Shown here piece after piece: positions 17,939 to 26,668 of a stretch of 64,000 nucleotides of DNA. Numbering within the stretch: the stretch's first letter is position 1; every line of letters starts with the position of its first letter. The translations under genes were made by a program, and so were the position numbers. The DNA lies in the NCBI GenBank assembly GCA_963674745.2, contig CAXXDV010000003.1, forward strand, positions 238,478 through 302,477, in the 5' to 3' direction. Below the pieces are notes generated by a model. That model was given only the letters and a program-made list of their open reading frames with translations, searched no databases and was not told the origin of the DNA. This DNA comes from Desulfosudaceae bacterium. Lineage in GTDB: Bacteria; Desulfobacterota; Desulfobacteria; Desulfobacterales; Desulfosudaceae.

Positions 17939-19867
17939 ATGAAGCGCTTGTATTTTACCAGAAACAGCGTGGTTGTCATTCTGACCGACTTTCTTCTGGT
18001 CGGCCTGGCCTTTTATCTGTCTTTTCTTCTGCGTTTTGATTTTCAGATTCCCCGGCACCATGCCGAGGCGCTGTGGGATGTCTTCCCGCTGGTCCTGCTG
18101 ATCAAGCCGGTAATTTTTTATTATTTTGATTTTTACCGGGGTATGTGGCGATATACCAGTCTTTCCGATCTGTTGAACATCTTTAAAGCAACGATTTTCA
18201 GCAGTCTGATTATCGTGGGCGCCATATTGTTTCTCAATCGGTTCGAAAATATACCCCGGTCGGTGTTTCTGATTGACTGGCTGCTGACAGGCCTTTTTGT
18301 GTCCGGTTTCCGGATCATGATCCGCTTATATTTTGAATACAGCACCGGCGCCAGGCTGACCGATATTTTCAGGATATTGCTGACCGCTGTTTTTCAACGC
18401 GGCAAGGCCGGTGAGACAAAGAAATTGTTAATTGTCGGCGCCGGCAATTGCGGCGAAAAAATTCTTCGTGAAGTCCAGTCCGATTCGCGGCTGGGCTATC
18501 ATGTGATGGGCTTTCTGGACGATAACCCCGCCAAGATCGGCATGAAAATCCATGGCGTAACCGTCCTTAACAGCGTCGCCTTCTTAAAAAATATCGTCGC
18601 CAGGGAAAACGTCGCCGAAGTCATCATTGCTGTCCCCTCGGCAACTTCCGGCCAGATGCGGCAAATCGTCCAGTATTGTGAAGACAGTGGCGTGAAGTAC
18701 AGAACCGTGCCGGGGTATGCGGAACTGGTCAACGGCAGAATCTCGATTTCAGCGGTTCGTGAGGTCGCCTACCAGGATCTGCTGGGCCGGGAGGCGGTTA
18801 CCCTGGACATCGATCAGATCGGTGCCTATTTGAGGGGGCAGAATGTTATTATTACCGGTGCGGGCGGTTCCATCGGTTCCGAACTCAGCCGCCAGGTCTG
18901 CCGTTTTAATCCCGCCCTGGTGATCCTGTTTGAACGGGCGGAAACGTCCCTGTATGAAATTGATCTTGAATTGCGTGATGTCTTCAGGGCCTCGGACATC
19001 GACCTGGTAGCGGTGTTAGGAGACATCCAGGACCGGCGTCAGCTTGATGCCGTATTTGAAAAATACGCACCCGGCGTGGTTTTTCACGCGGCCGCCTACA
19101 AACATGTGCCCATTCTCGAAGCCCACCCCTGGAAGGCGGTCAAGAATAATATCTGCGGCACGCAGAATCTGGTGGAAATATCGCTTGCGCACCATGTTGA
19201 ACGTTTTGTTTTTGTGTCCACCGACAAGGCGGTCCGTCCCGCCAACGTGATGGGTGCTTCCAAGCGGATTGCCGAGATCCTTTTGCAAAGTCAGGACCAC
19301 GGCAGTGATGCCGGCACACAGTTTAAAATCGTCCGTTTCGGCAATGTCATCGGCAGCGCCGGCAGCGTTATCCCTTTGTTTAAAAAACAGATTGCCAGGG
19401 GTGGTCCGGTGACGGTGACCCATCCGGAAGTGACCCGTTATTTCATGACCATTCCCGAAGCCTGCCAGCTGATACTACAGGCCGGCGCCATTGACAGCCA
19501 GCAGGGCAGTAAAACCGAAGTGTATATCCTCAAGATGGGCACACCGGTTAAAATTGTAGACATGGCACGTGACCTGATTCGGCTTTCCGGTTTCAAACCT
19601 GAAGAGGATATAAAGATTGAGTTTACGGGCCTGCGTCCCGGTGAAAAGCTATACGAAGAGCTGATGACCGCGGAAGAAGGCCTGGTTCCGACATCGCATA
19701 CAAAAATTCTGGTGTTAAACGGTCATGAATCCGACCTGACCGTTTTGAATGAAAAGATTGTCCAGTTGATGAGATCGGCCGAAAACCAGGACGATGAGAA
19801 AATCAGGGCCGTTTTAAAAGAAATTGTTCCCGAATTTCAACCCGGAGAAAATAATGAGAAACACTGA
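17939..19867 (+). CDS. Membrane-anchored CapD/WbpM/PglF-type UDP-HexNAc 4,6-dehydratase
   Basis: It has four N-terminal TM helices, then LIVGAGNCG, VIITGAGGSIGSEL, STDKAVRPANVMGASKRIAE and RFGNVIGSAGSVIP. Confidence 0.85.
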   Translation: MKRLYFTRNSVVVILTDFLLVGLAFYLSFLLRFDFQIPRHHAEALWDVFPLVLLIKPVIFYYFDFYRGMWRYTSLSDLLNIFKATIFSSLIIVGAILFLNRFENIPRSVFLIDWLLTGLFVSGFRIMIRLYFEYSTGARLTDIFRILLTAVFQRGKAGETKKLLIVGAGNCGEKILREVQSDSRLGYHVMGFLDDNPAKIGMKIHGVTVLNSVAFLKNIVARENVAEVIIAVPSATSGQMRQIVQYCEDSGVKYRTVPGYAELVNGRISISAVREVAYQDLLGREAVTLDIDQIGAYLRGQNVIITGAGGSIGSELSRQVCRFNPALVILFERAETSLYEIDLELRDVFRASDIDLVAVLGDIQDRRQLDAVFEKYAPGVVFHAAAYKHVPILEAHPWKAVKNNICGTQNLVEISLAHHVERFVFVSTDKAVRPANVMGASKRIAEILLQSQDHGSDAGTQFKIVRFGNVIGSAGSVIPLFKKQIARGGPVTVTHPEVTRYFMTIPEACQLILQAGAIDSQQGSKTEVYILKMGTPVKIVDMARDLIRLSGFKPEEDIKIEFTGLRPGEKLYEELMTAEEGLVPTSHTKILVLNGHESDLTVLNEKIVQLMRSAENQDDEKIRAVLKEIVPEFQPGENNEKH

Positions 19868-21569
19868 TGCTGCGCCTGTCGGCGAATCGCTTCTGGTCAA
19901 CCTTCTGGTTGATGACCATAAAAGCACGTCTTTAAAAGAACAGGCACTCGGATTTCAGGAGATTATCGTAAACAACAGGCAGTTGTGTGATCTTGACCTG
20001 ATGGCCACCGGTGTATTTACGCCTTTATCCGGATTTATGACCCGTGCCGATTACGAAAGTGTGCTCGAGGGGATGCGTCTGGTTGATGGCCGGCTTTTCC
20101 CTATCCCTGTCTGCCTTGATGTTTCTGCGAAGCAGGCGGAGTCTTTTGACATCGGGCAGCCGGTGGCCTTGAGAGACCAGGAGGGGCTGCTGCTGGCGGT
20201 TATGACAGTTGAAGATGTATGGCACGTGGATCGTAAACGGGAAGCAAAGGCGGTTTACGGTACAACGGACACAAATCACCCGGGAGTGCACTACCTGATG
20301 TCCGTATGTAAGGACTGTTACATCGGCGGTCGGCTGGAAGTGGTTCAGTTGCCGATTCATTTCGATTCCCGGCAATTAAGGCGAACGCCTCTGGAGATCA
20401 GGCAGTTATACAAAAAACTGGGCTGGCAGCGGATTGTCGGCTTTCATACCCGGCAACCCATTCACCGCCCCCAGTTTGAAATGACCATGCGGGCTATGAG
20501 AAGCGCCAGGGCCAACCTGCTTTGCCTGCCGAGTGTGGGGATGACCGATCCGGGTGATTTTGATCATTATATCCGGGTCAGGTGTTACAAGCGGGTGGCC
20601 GACTATTATCCGCTGGATGCTTTTGTGCTGAACCTGCTCCCCATGGCCATGCGAATGGCCGGGCCAAGGGAAGCACTGCTGCATATGATCATTGCCGCCA
20701 ATTTCGGGTGTACGGATTTTATCATCGGCCCGGATCATGCCAGCCCTGAAAAAAAGGAGAATGGCGGTGTGTTTTATGGGGCCGGACTGGCAGTTGAAAC
20801 AGCCACCGCTTATTCCGCTGAGGTGGGGGTTCATGTCATTCCTTTTAATGAAATTGTGTATCTGCCGTTTGAAGACGACTATCTGCCCGTTGACGAGGTG
20901 CCCGAAGGCAGTCAGTGTATTTCCCTGTCCGGTGCAATGATTAAAAAACGGTTGGGAACAGGCAAGAAGATCCCTGAATGGGCGACGTTTCCGGAAGTGC
21001 TGGAAGAACTGGAACGGGCCTATCCCCCGCCTGCCAAGCAGGGATTTACCGTTTTTCTGACCGGTCTGTCAGGCGCCGGTAAATCAACTGTCGCCAAAAT
21101 TCTGTACGCCCGCTTTCTTGAAATCGGTACCCGGCCCGTGACCCTTTTGGACGGTGATATCGTAAGGCATAATCTGTCCAGTGAGTTGAATTTTTCAAGA
21201 GAACACAGGGATATCAACGTCAAACGAATCGGCTTTGTGGCCGGTGAAATAACCAAGAATCGGGGTATAGCCATTTGCGCACCCATTGCCCCTTATACCG
21301 TCACCCGAAACGAAGTGCGACAGGTCATCGAGGCCTATGGCGGTTTTATCGAAGTATATATTTCAACACCTATCGCGGAATGTGAAAAGCGGGATCGAAA
21401 AGGCATGTACGCCAAGGCCCGGGCCGGATTGATTACAGGGTTTACGGGTATCGACGATCCTTATCAGGTACCGGAGACACCGGACATTGCGATTGATACC
21501 ACCAACCTGACACCGGATGAGGCGGTCCAGGAGATTTTGGTTTTACTCGGTGAGAGGGGCTATATTTAG
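19854..21569 (+). CDS. Bifunctional ATP sulfurylase / APS kinase (PAPS synthase-type fusion)
   Basis: The N-terminal domain is ATP-sulfurylase-like. The C-terminal APS kinase carries the P-loop FLTGLSGAGKSTVA and LDGDIVRHNLSSELNFSREHRDINVKRIGFVA. ATG 19854 is preceded by GGAGA and overlaps the previous stop. Confidence 0.85.
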   Translation: MRNTDAAPVGESLLVNLLVDDHKSTSLKEQALGFQEIIVNNRQLCDLDLMATGVFTPLSGFMTRADYESVLEGMRLVDGRLFPIPVCLDVSAKQAESFDIGQPVALRDQEGLLLAVMTVEDVWHVDRKREAKAVYGTTDTNHPGVHYLMSVCKDCYIGGRLEVVQLPIHFDSRQLRRTPLEIRQLYKKLGWQRIVGFHTRQPIHRPQFEMTMRAMRSARANLLCLPSVGMTDPGDFDHYIRVRCYKRVADYYPLDAFVLNLLPMAMRMAGPREALLHMIIAANFGCTDFIIGPDHASPEKKENGGVFYGAGLAVETATAYSAEVGVHVIPFNEIVYLPFEDDYLPVDEVPEGSQCISLSGAMIKKRLGTGKKIPEWATFPEVLEELERAYPPPAKQGFTVFLTGLSGAGKSTVAKILYARFLEIGTRPVTLLDGDIVRHNLSSELNFSREHRDINVKRIGFVAGEITKNRGIAICAPIAPYTVTRNEVRQVIEAYGGFIEVYISTPIAECEKRDRKGMYAKARAGLITGFTGIDDPYQVPETPDIAIDTTNLTPDEAVQEILVLLGERGYI

Positions 21570-21572
21570 TAT

Positions 21573-22010
21573 GGGTTCGGGGTTCGGGGTTCGGGGTTCG
21601 AGGTTTGGGGCGCCGGTTTCAGGGCTTTAAAACATGGTTTTAAAGTTTTAGGGTTTTAAGTGTTATGTGATTAAGTGGTTAAGTGGTTATGTGACTCCCG
21701 GATGAGACCGGCAATGCGTTGCGGGCTGTTGAAAAACGCCATGATCAACTAAAAGAGAAATGTCTGCTGTTCAAAAGCCCTTGCTATTATTGACTTTAGC
21801 AAAGCTTGACTTATCGACTCTGCGCTATTCGGGGTTTTTCAACAGCCCGAATGCGTTGCGAGTGTCCGAAGGACAAGAGCTAACAGAGAAAAGTATATTG
21901 TAAGGGCTCAAGGGGAAAAAAATGAGTGATTAAGGAATTTAACCCCTTAATCACTTAATCACATAAACACTTAACCACATAAAACCCTAAAACTTTAAAA
22001 CCTTAAAACC
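21573..22010. repeat. Composite simple-sequence inverted repeat A
   Basis: The left arm has (GGGGTTC)n followed by GGTTTTAAAGTTTTAGGGTTTTAAGTGTTATGTGATTAAGTGGTTAAGTGG. The right arm is its imperfect reverse complement, CTTAATCACTTAATCACATAAACACTTAACCACATAAAACCCTAAAACTTTAAAACCTTAAAACC. Confidence 0.75.
21723..21848. mobile_element. MITE-like insertion nested in composite A
   Basis: It has 15-nt perfect terminal inverted repeats GGGCTGTTGAAAAAC/GTTTTTCAACAGCCC, flanked by the direct repeat AATGCGTTGCG (21712..21722 and 21850..21860). It has no coding capacity. Confidence 0.4.
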
Positions 22011-22035
22011 TGGAAGACGGCCGGGTGTGCGCCGC

Positions 22036-23403
22036 TTATTTCGGCGATAAGTTAATCGTCAAACCGTCCCGGGTGGGTGTAAAAACCGGGGTCAGGGCTT
22101 GACTGGTTCTCAAATCCGCGACAATTCTCAGTTTATCCGCATGTTGTCCGAGTCTTACGCGGCTGATATAACCGGTGGCCACCTTTTTCTCCAGAAACGG
22201 CGGCTTTTCCCATTCGCCCGGTAAATCAATGACCAGCCTGGGCGGGCTTGAAAGCGGAAAAGATTTATATTCCCCAACAGGGCCGTTTGCCATGATCTTT
22301 ACCTGAAGCGAATCGCCGGTTTTTCTAAAATCAATATCAGACAGTTTATGCACCATGTTCGGGTCAGCCACGATGGTGGCCGCTGCCGGTGGTTTTGGGG
22401 CAGGCGGTGCGGCCGGTGTCGGTTTTGGAGGAGTTGGCTTTACGGGCTGTGCCTGTGTCGTTACAGGTTCGGCGGGTTGAGCTGGAGCAGTAGTGGTTGA
22501 GGTCGGCGGGATCTCTCTGGCCGCGGGTTCCGGAGATGGTTTCGTTTTAACCACAAGTTTTGGCCGGGACGTGGGCACAGGGCTGGTCGTCGGTGTCGGT
22601 ATGGACCTGGACGCGGGAGCCGGTTTGGCTGCAGGTTTTGGCCTGGCTGTGGGTTTGGGCTCGACCGCAGGCGCAGGCGTGGAGACTGTTGCGATGGGTT
22701 GGCCCGAATCTTTAGAGGATGCCATTCGGGGTTCGCCGGGTTGTTTCTGCAGGAGCAACACGATCACAACCACCAGTGCCACCAGAACCAGCGACAGCAC
22801 GACAACCATGCCGATTAAAGGTCCTTTTTTGCCGGCTTTTTTCTTTTTGGCCGGTTTCATTTTGCTTTTTTTGGGGGCCGGCTCTTCTTCCTCCTCGTCC
22901 TCCTCTTCCTGGTCCTCCTCCTCTTCTTCCTCAAGCTCGGAGAAATCAGCCAGGTCTTCAATCTCCGGAACCGCTATTTTCTTTTTCGGCGTTTCTTTTT
23001 TAACGGGTTGCGGGGCTTCTTCTTCCACTTCCTCCATTTCTAATTCCACTTCGAGTTCTTCAGGGTCTTCTGTTACCGCTTCTGTATCATCCCCGTCTAA
23101 CTCGAGTTCAAAGTCATTCGGAGAACTGTTGCTTTCTTTTGGCGGGTCTTTATATTCTGCGGCAGGCGTTTCGCCGGATTCCTCAGAAATAAACGTATAA
23201 TCGTCATCCTCATCGTTGCCCTCCATACCGGGAGGCGACAATGAAATGGTTTCTTCATCTTCAGGTGCCTGCCGGACGATGGTGCGTTCTGTCAATTCGA
23301 GAATTTCCCAATCATCATCCATGGACATCATCTCGCTCAGTTCTTCAGTCGCTTCCGGCTTGCCTTTTTTGGAATCCTGATCGGGCTTCTTTTTTTTTGC
23401 CAT
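22036..23403 (-). CDS. AMIN-domain membrane protein with acidic and Pro-rich low-complexity regions
   Basis: The start is placed at ATG 23403, preceded by GGGGGAG. It has a D/E-rich N-terminus, a lysine patch, one TM (LIGMVVVLSLVLVALVVVIVLLL), a P/T/A-rich linker and a C-terminal AMIN-like domain (LQVKIMANGPV..PPRLVIDLPG..RVRLGQH..LRIVADL). Confidence 0.7.
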   Translation of the reverse strand: MAKKKKPDQDSKKGKPEATEELSEMMSMDDDWEILELTERTIVRQAPEDEETISLSPPGMEGNDEDDDYTFISEESGETPAAEYKDPPKESNSSPNDFELELDGDDTEAVTEDPEELEVELEMEEVEEEAPQPVKKETPKKKIAVPEIEDLADFSELEEEEEEDQEEEDEEEEEPAPKKSKMKPAKKKKAGKKGPLIGMVVVLSLVLVALVVVIVLLLQKQPGEPRMASSKDSGQPIATVSTPAPAVEPKPTARPKPAAKPAPASRSIPTPTTSPVPTSRPKLVVKTKPSPEPAAREIPPTSTTTAPAQPAEPVTTQAQPVKPTPPKPTPAAPPAPKPPAAATIVADPNMVHKLSDIDFRKTGDSLQVKIMANGPVGEYKSFPLSSPPRLVIDLPGEWEKPPFLEKKVATGYISRVRLGQHADKLRIVADLRTSQALTPVFTPTRDGLTINLSPK

Positions 23404-23629
23404 ATTCTCCCCCATGGCGGAAAGGTTAGAATCTTGGTAATTAATTAAATATATCTTGTTTGACATAAAAAGTCTAATAATTTTCGTCAATGTATGCCCA
23501 CGGTGGTCGTTTCGGTTTAAAAAGTCGCGCCAGGAAAAGCGGCAGAATATGTATTTACTTGATTTTTAAGGCACAAGACGGAAAGATGAACATTTTTTAA
23601 TGTAACCAGGTGGTTGACCTGTTTCTGTG

Positions 23630-23818
23630 TTAAGTAGCAGAATGCGGGTTAAAACAGGAGATACTTTCGGCCAGAACGGTGCGGACTTTATCGAGCATAA
23701 GACACTTTTCAAAGCAGGCCGGGAACTCGTTTTTTCTCTCACAATCCCGGCATGGGCTTTTAACAAAATAGCCGACTTCAAAATCAAACTTCGATCTGTT
23801 TGCTGTTATTTCATACAT
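23630..23818 (-). CDS. Hypothetical small Cys-rich protein
   Basis: This is a 62-aa ORF with CRDC, C..x3..C and one further Cys. It lies downstream of glpC on the same strand. I recognise no family. Confidence 0.3.
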   Translation of the reverse strand: MYEITANRSKFDFEVGYFVKSPCRDCERKNEFPACFEKCLMLDKVRTVLAESISCFNPHSAT

Positions 23819-23898
23819 AGTTAATATTTATCACAGGATTTTCTAAAAGTAAAATTACTATAATTGGATCCTTTCCAATTCCCTTGACCCCTCAACCC

Positions 23899-25104
23899 CT
23901 ATTCGTTATTCATGGCCTCGGCCAGTACCGAGACCGGGTGCTTGACCGGATACCGGGTGTTGGCTTCAATCTGCCATTTGCAGGTTTCACAATCGGTGAT
24001 GACAATGTCGGGATTGACCTGGTTGATCTGATCAAAAAGATGTTGCCCGATCTGTTGGCCGATATCGTGAAATTCTTTTTTAAAACCGTAGGTGCCGGCG
24101 ATACCGCAGCATTCTGAATGCAGCACGACCAGGTTCAGGCCGGGAATGGCTTTTAATACCGCTATGGTATGGATCATTCCACCGGTCCGATCCAAATGAC
24201 AGGGCGAATGATAGGCCGCCGTCAGGTTGACCGGTTGCATGGGCGGCAGGTTGTTGTTTTTAATTTCCCGGTGCAGAAACTTGGTGATGAATTCCAGCCG
24301 GTCGTCAATGGCGCCGGTATCCATGGACAACAGGTGGGGATAGTCCTGCTTGACGGTCAGGACACATGAGGAAGACGAAAAAACGATTTTCATGTCTGAA
24401 TCATCGCTGACGGCGCGGCGCAGGCTGGTAATGTTGAAAGCCGCATTTTTTCTGACTTGCGTAAAATTGCCGGCAGCAATCAGCGGTACGCCGCAGCACT
24501 TCTGGGGTGGCGTTAGCACACCGATGCCCATGGCATTGAGCACGGCAATAACGCTTTTTCCCAGGGCATGGTCATAATAATTGACATAACAGCCGTGGAA
24601 ATATACCACTTTCCGGGGAAATGCCTGTTGTTCCTGATGACGTGTTGTGTTGCCGGCCGTGAATGTGCCCCGGTCGAATTCGGGCATGGAGGCTTTATCG
24701 CTGATCCCCATGAACAGACTCAACAAAAATTTGGTCACCTTCAGTTTGATAAGCGGGTTGACCATCAGGGAAAAGGTTGCTGCCAGCCGGCCGGTGATGT
24801 CCGTGCGGGTCAGAAAAAAATCCCGCAGGCGGTGCTTTTTTTTCAGGCGGATGTTCCTGGCCCGGTAGATAAAATCGGTTATCCGGACGCCCGAGGGGCA
24901 GACGGTTTCACACCGTTTGCAGTTGTTACAGTAAGACAGCGACTGGTCAATCAGAAACGGTGATTTAATGCGCATCCGTTCCGCGTCCGGGCCGGAATAC
25001 TTGGGGCCGGGATAAAGGTCCGTGGCTCTGGCAACCGGGCAATAAGCCGTGCATATGGTGCACTTGATGCAGCAGTCAAAGCTGGTATTGTCGAGGTTGA
25101 TCAT
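23899..25104 (-). CDS. glpC: Anaerobic glycerol-3-phosphate dehydrogenase subunit C
   Basis: It has two ferredoxin motifs, CIKCTICTAYCP and CNNCKRCETVCP, plus two Cys-rich CCG-type repeats (CCG..). It overlaps the glpB stop by 4 nt. Confidence 0.85.
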   Translation of the reverse strand: MINLDNTSFDCCIKCTICTAYCPVARATDLYPGPKYSGPDAERMRIKSPFLIDQSLSYCNNCKRCETVCPSGVRITDFIYRARNIRLKKKHRLRDFFLTRTDITGRLAATFSLMVNPLIKLKVTKFLLSLFMGISDKASMPEFDRGTFTAGNTTRHQEQQAFPRKVVYFHGCYVNYYDHALGKSVIAVLNAMGIGVLTPPQKCCGVPLIAAGNFTQVRKNAAFNITSLRRAVSDDSDMKIVFSSSSCVLTVKQDYPHLLSMDTGAIDDRLEFITKFLHREIKNNNLPPMQPVNLTAAYHSPCHLDRTGGMIHTIAVLKAIPGLNLVVLHSECCGIAGTYGFKKEFHDIGQQIGQHLFDQINQVNPDIVITDCETCKWQIEANTRYPVKHPVSVLAEAMNNE

Positions 25105-26438
25105 GACCCGTCCCTGTCCTCCGGATGTGTCTTGTCACGCACATGGGCGGCGATCTGTTTGGCCGCTTTGTAGCCGGTGGTAATGGCCACGCCCCCGCCG
25201 CTGCCCTCACTGACCGGGTTGTAGCCCGAAAGTACCGCACCGGCACAGTAAAGATTGGTGACGGTCCGGCCGGAAGCGGTTTCGGGGCTCAAGTTGCCGT
25301 CGGTCTTCACGCCGGCCCGGAGAAAGTCGTGACTTTTGGGGGAAAAAAATGTCTCTGCGGACAGGGCCGTACAGTCGGGGGGGATATCCAGCCGGCAGTC
25401 AAACACCGGTTCGGTCATGCGGCCGTAGCGGCTGGCCAGCCCTTTTGAAAAAAAACTGCCGCTGGCCAGAACATAACAGGCGGCCCTGATATCGTCCTCC
25501 TGGTTTTGGGTATGGACAGAAACGACCCGGTCATTTTCAACAATTCCGCTTTCGATGGTTTCACTGGCGATAAAGATTCCCCCCTGGGCGGTGAAGCGGG
25601 ATTTGAGGGCGTTGTCCAGTCGCATGCCCAGGATGGACGGCGGCAGTGTGGGGATTTCGTAAATCAGCCGGTCGGTTGCCCGGCGCAGTTCATCCACTAT
25701 TTCCGGGTAGCGGTTTAAACCGAGAAAGGCCGGTAACGCAATGATATCGGATTTTCCGGCTGCTACGGCAATGGCCCGGGCCACATCCTGCAGGTCTGCC
25801 GCGGCATCCAGGATCCGGGCCACGTCAACAGACCGCATATCCGCGGTACCGTAGGCGGCTGTTTTTTGACCGGGCAGTTCGATCTCGGCACAGGTGACGG
25901 GGCAATGGGAAAAAAGTTTGTGCCTGTTCAGGTTGGCCGCCGCCAGGACAGGATGAAAATCCCGGAAGCCCTTAATGTTCAAAATGGCGATGCACGGCTT
26001 TTTTTCAAACACGGTTTTGATTTCCCGGGTGAACACGCTGGCCGGGGAAAAGAAGGTCGGTTTCAGGGTGCCGACGGCGGTAACGTGAAAATGGTTATCG
26101 CGACTGTTGGAATGCAGCCGGAATCCCTGTGTATCGGTTTCCCGCTGAAAGAAATCCATGGCTTCGACAACGTCGTCCAGGCCGCATTTGGTGTAAGGGT
26201 GTTCGGGATTGGCTTTGGTGAAATCCGGCAGGGCCTCAATGGGAGAGAATACCACTTCCCGGCCCGGGTGATGACCCAGCAGGTCAATCGATCCGGATGA
26301 GAAATGGAGCGCGCTCATGCCCGAAGAGATGACGGCGCAGGAAAGCCCTTCGGCCAGGCACTTCAGTCCGCAGGTCAGTCCCGCCAGCCCCCCGCCGATG
26401 ATGACGCAGTCGTAGTCATTCTCGTAAGCGATATTCAT
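25101..26438 (-). CDS. glpB: Anaerobic glycerol-3-phosphate dehydrogenase subunit B
   Basis: It has the N-terminal FAD motif DCVIIGGGLAGL, a size of about 445 aa, and a position between glpA and glpC. Confidence 0.8.
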   Translation of the reverse strand: MNIAYENDYDCVIIGGGLAGLTCGLKCLAEGLSCAVISSGMSALHFSSGSIDLLGHHPGREVVFSPIEALPDFTKANPEHPYTKCGLDDVVEAMDFFQRETDTQGFRLHSNSRDNHFHVTAVGTLKPTFFSPASVFTREIKTVFEKKPCIAILNIKGFRDFHPVLAAANLNRHKLFSHCPVTCAEIELPGQKTAAYGTADMRSVDVARILDAAADLQDVARAIAVAAGKSDIIALPAFLGLNRYPEIVDELRRATDRLIYEIPTLPPSILGMRLDNALKSRFTAQGGIFIASETIESGIVENDRVVSVHTQNQEDDIRAACYVLASGSFFSKGLASRYGRMTEPVFDCRLDIPPDCTALSAETFFSPKSHDFLRAGVKTDGNLSPETASGRTVTNLYCAGAVLSGYNPVSEGSGGGVAITTGYKAAKQIAAHVRDKTHPEDRDGS

Positions 26439-26447
26439 AGTCTATAT

Positions 26448-26660
26448 GTTAAGCCACAGTAAGTGTTAAGATTGTCGTTAAAGGCAAAGGGGTTTAAATT
26501 TTAAGGTTTTTATCGCTAATGCTGTAGGGGCGGCCCCCTGTGGCCGCCCGGAAAAAGGGCACCCACAGGGGGGTGCCCCTACAACATCAGCGGGCTGCGT
26601 CGAAAAATATAAAACATTCGTGTTAATACCCTAAAACCCTAAAACTTTAAAACCTAAAAC
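26448..26660. repeat. Composite repeat B (simple-sequence arms plus GC-hairpin dyad)
   Basis: The arms are GGGGTTTAAATTTTAAGGTTTTT and CCCTAAAACCCTAAAACTTTAAAACCTAAAAC. They flank TGTAGGGGCGGCC..GGCCGCCC and GGGCACCC..GGGTGCCCCTACA (26523..26583). The element lies inside the glpA-glpB gap. Confidence 0.7.
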
Positions 26661-26668
26661 GAGAAATT

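Noticed and set aside
21646-21660. TTTTAGGG/CCCTAAAA runs resemble eukaryotic telomere repeats.
   Set aside because: The runs are short and degenerate, lie internal to a bacterial gene-dense region, and always pair with a complementary arm. The resemblance is coincidental.
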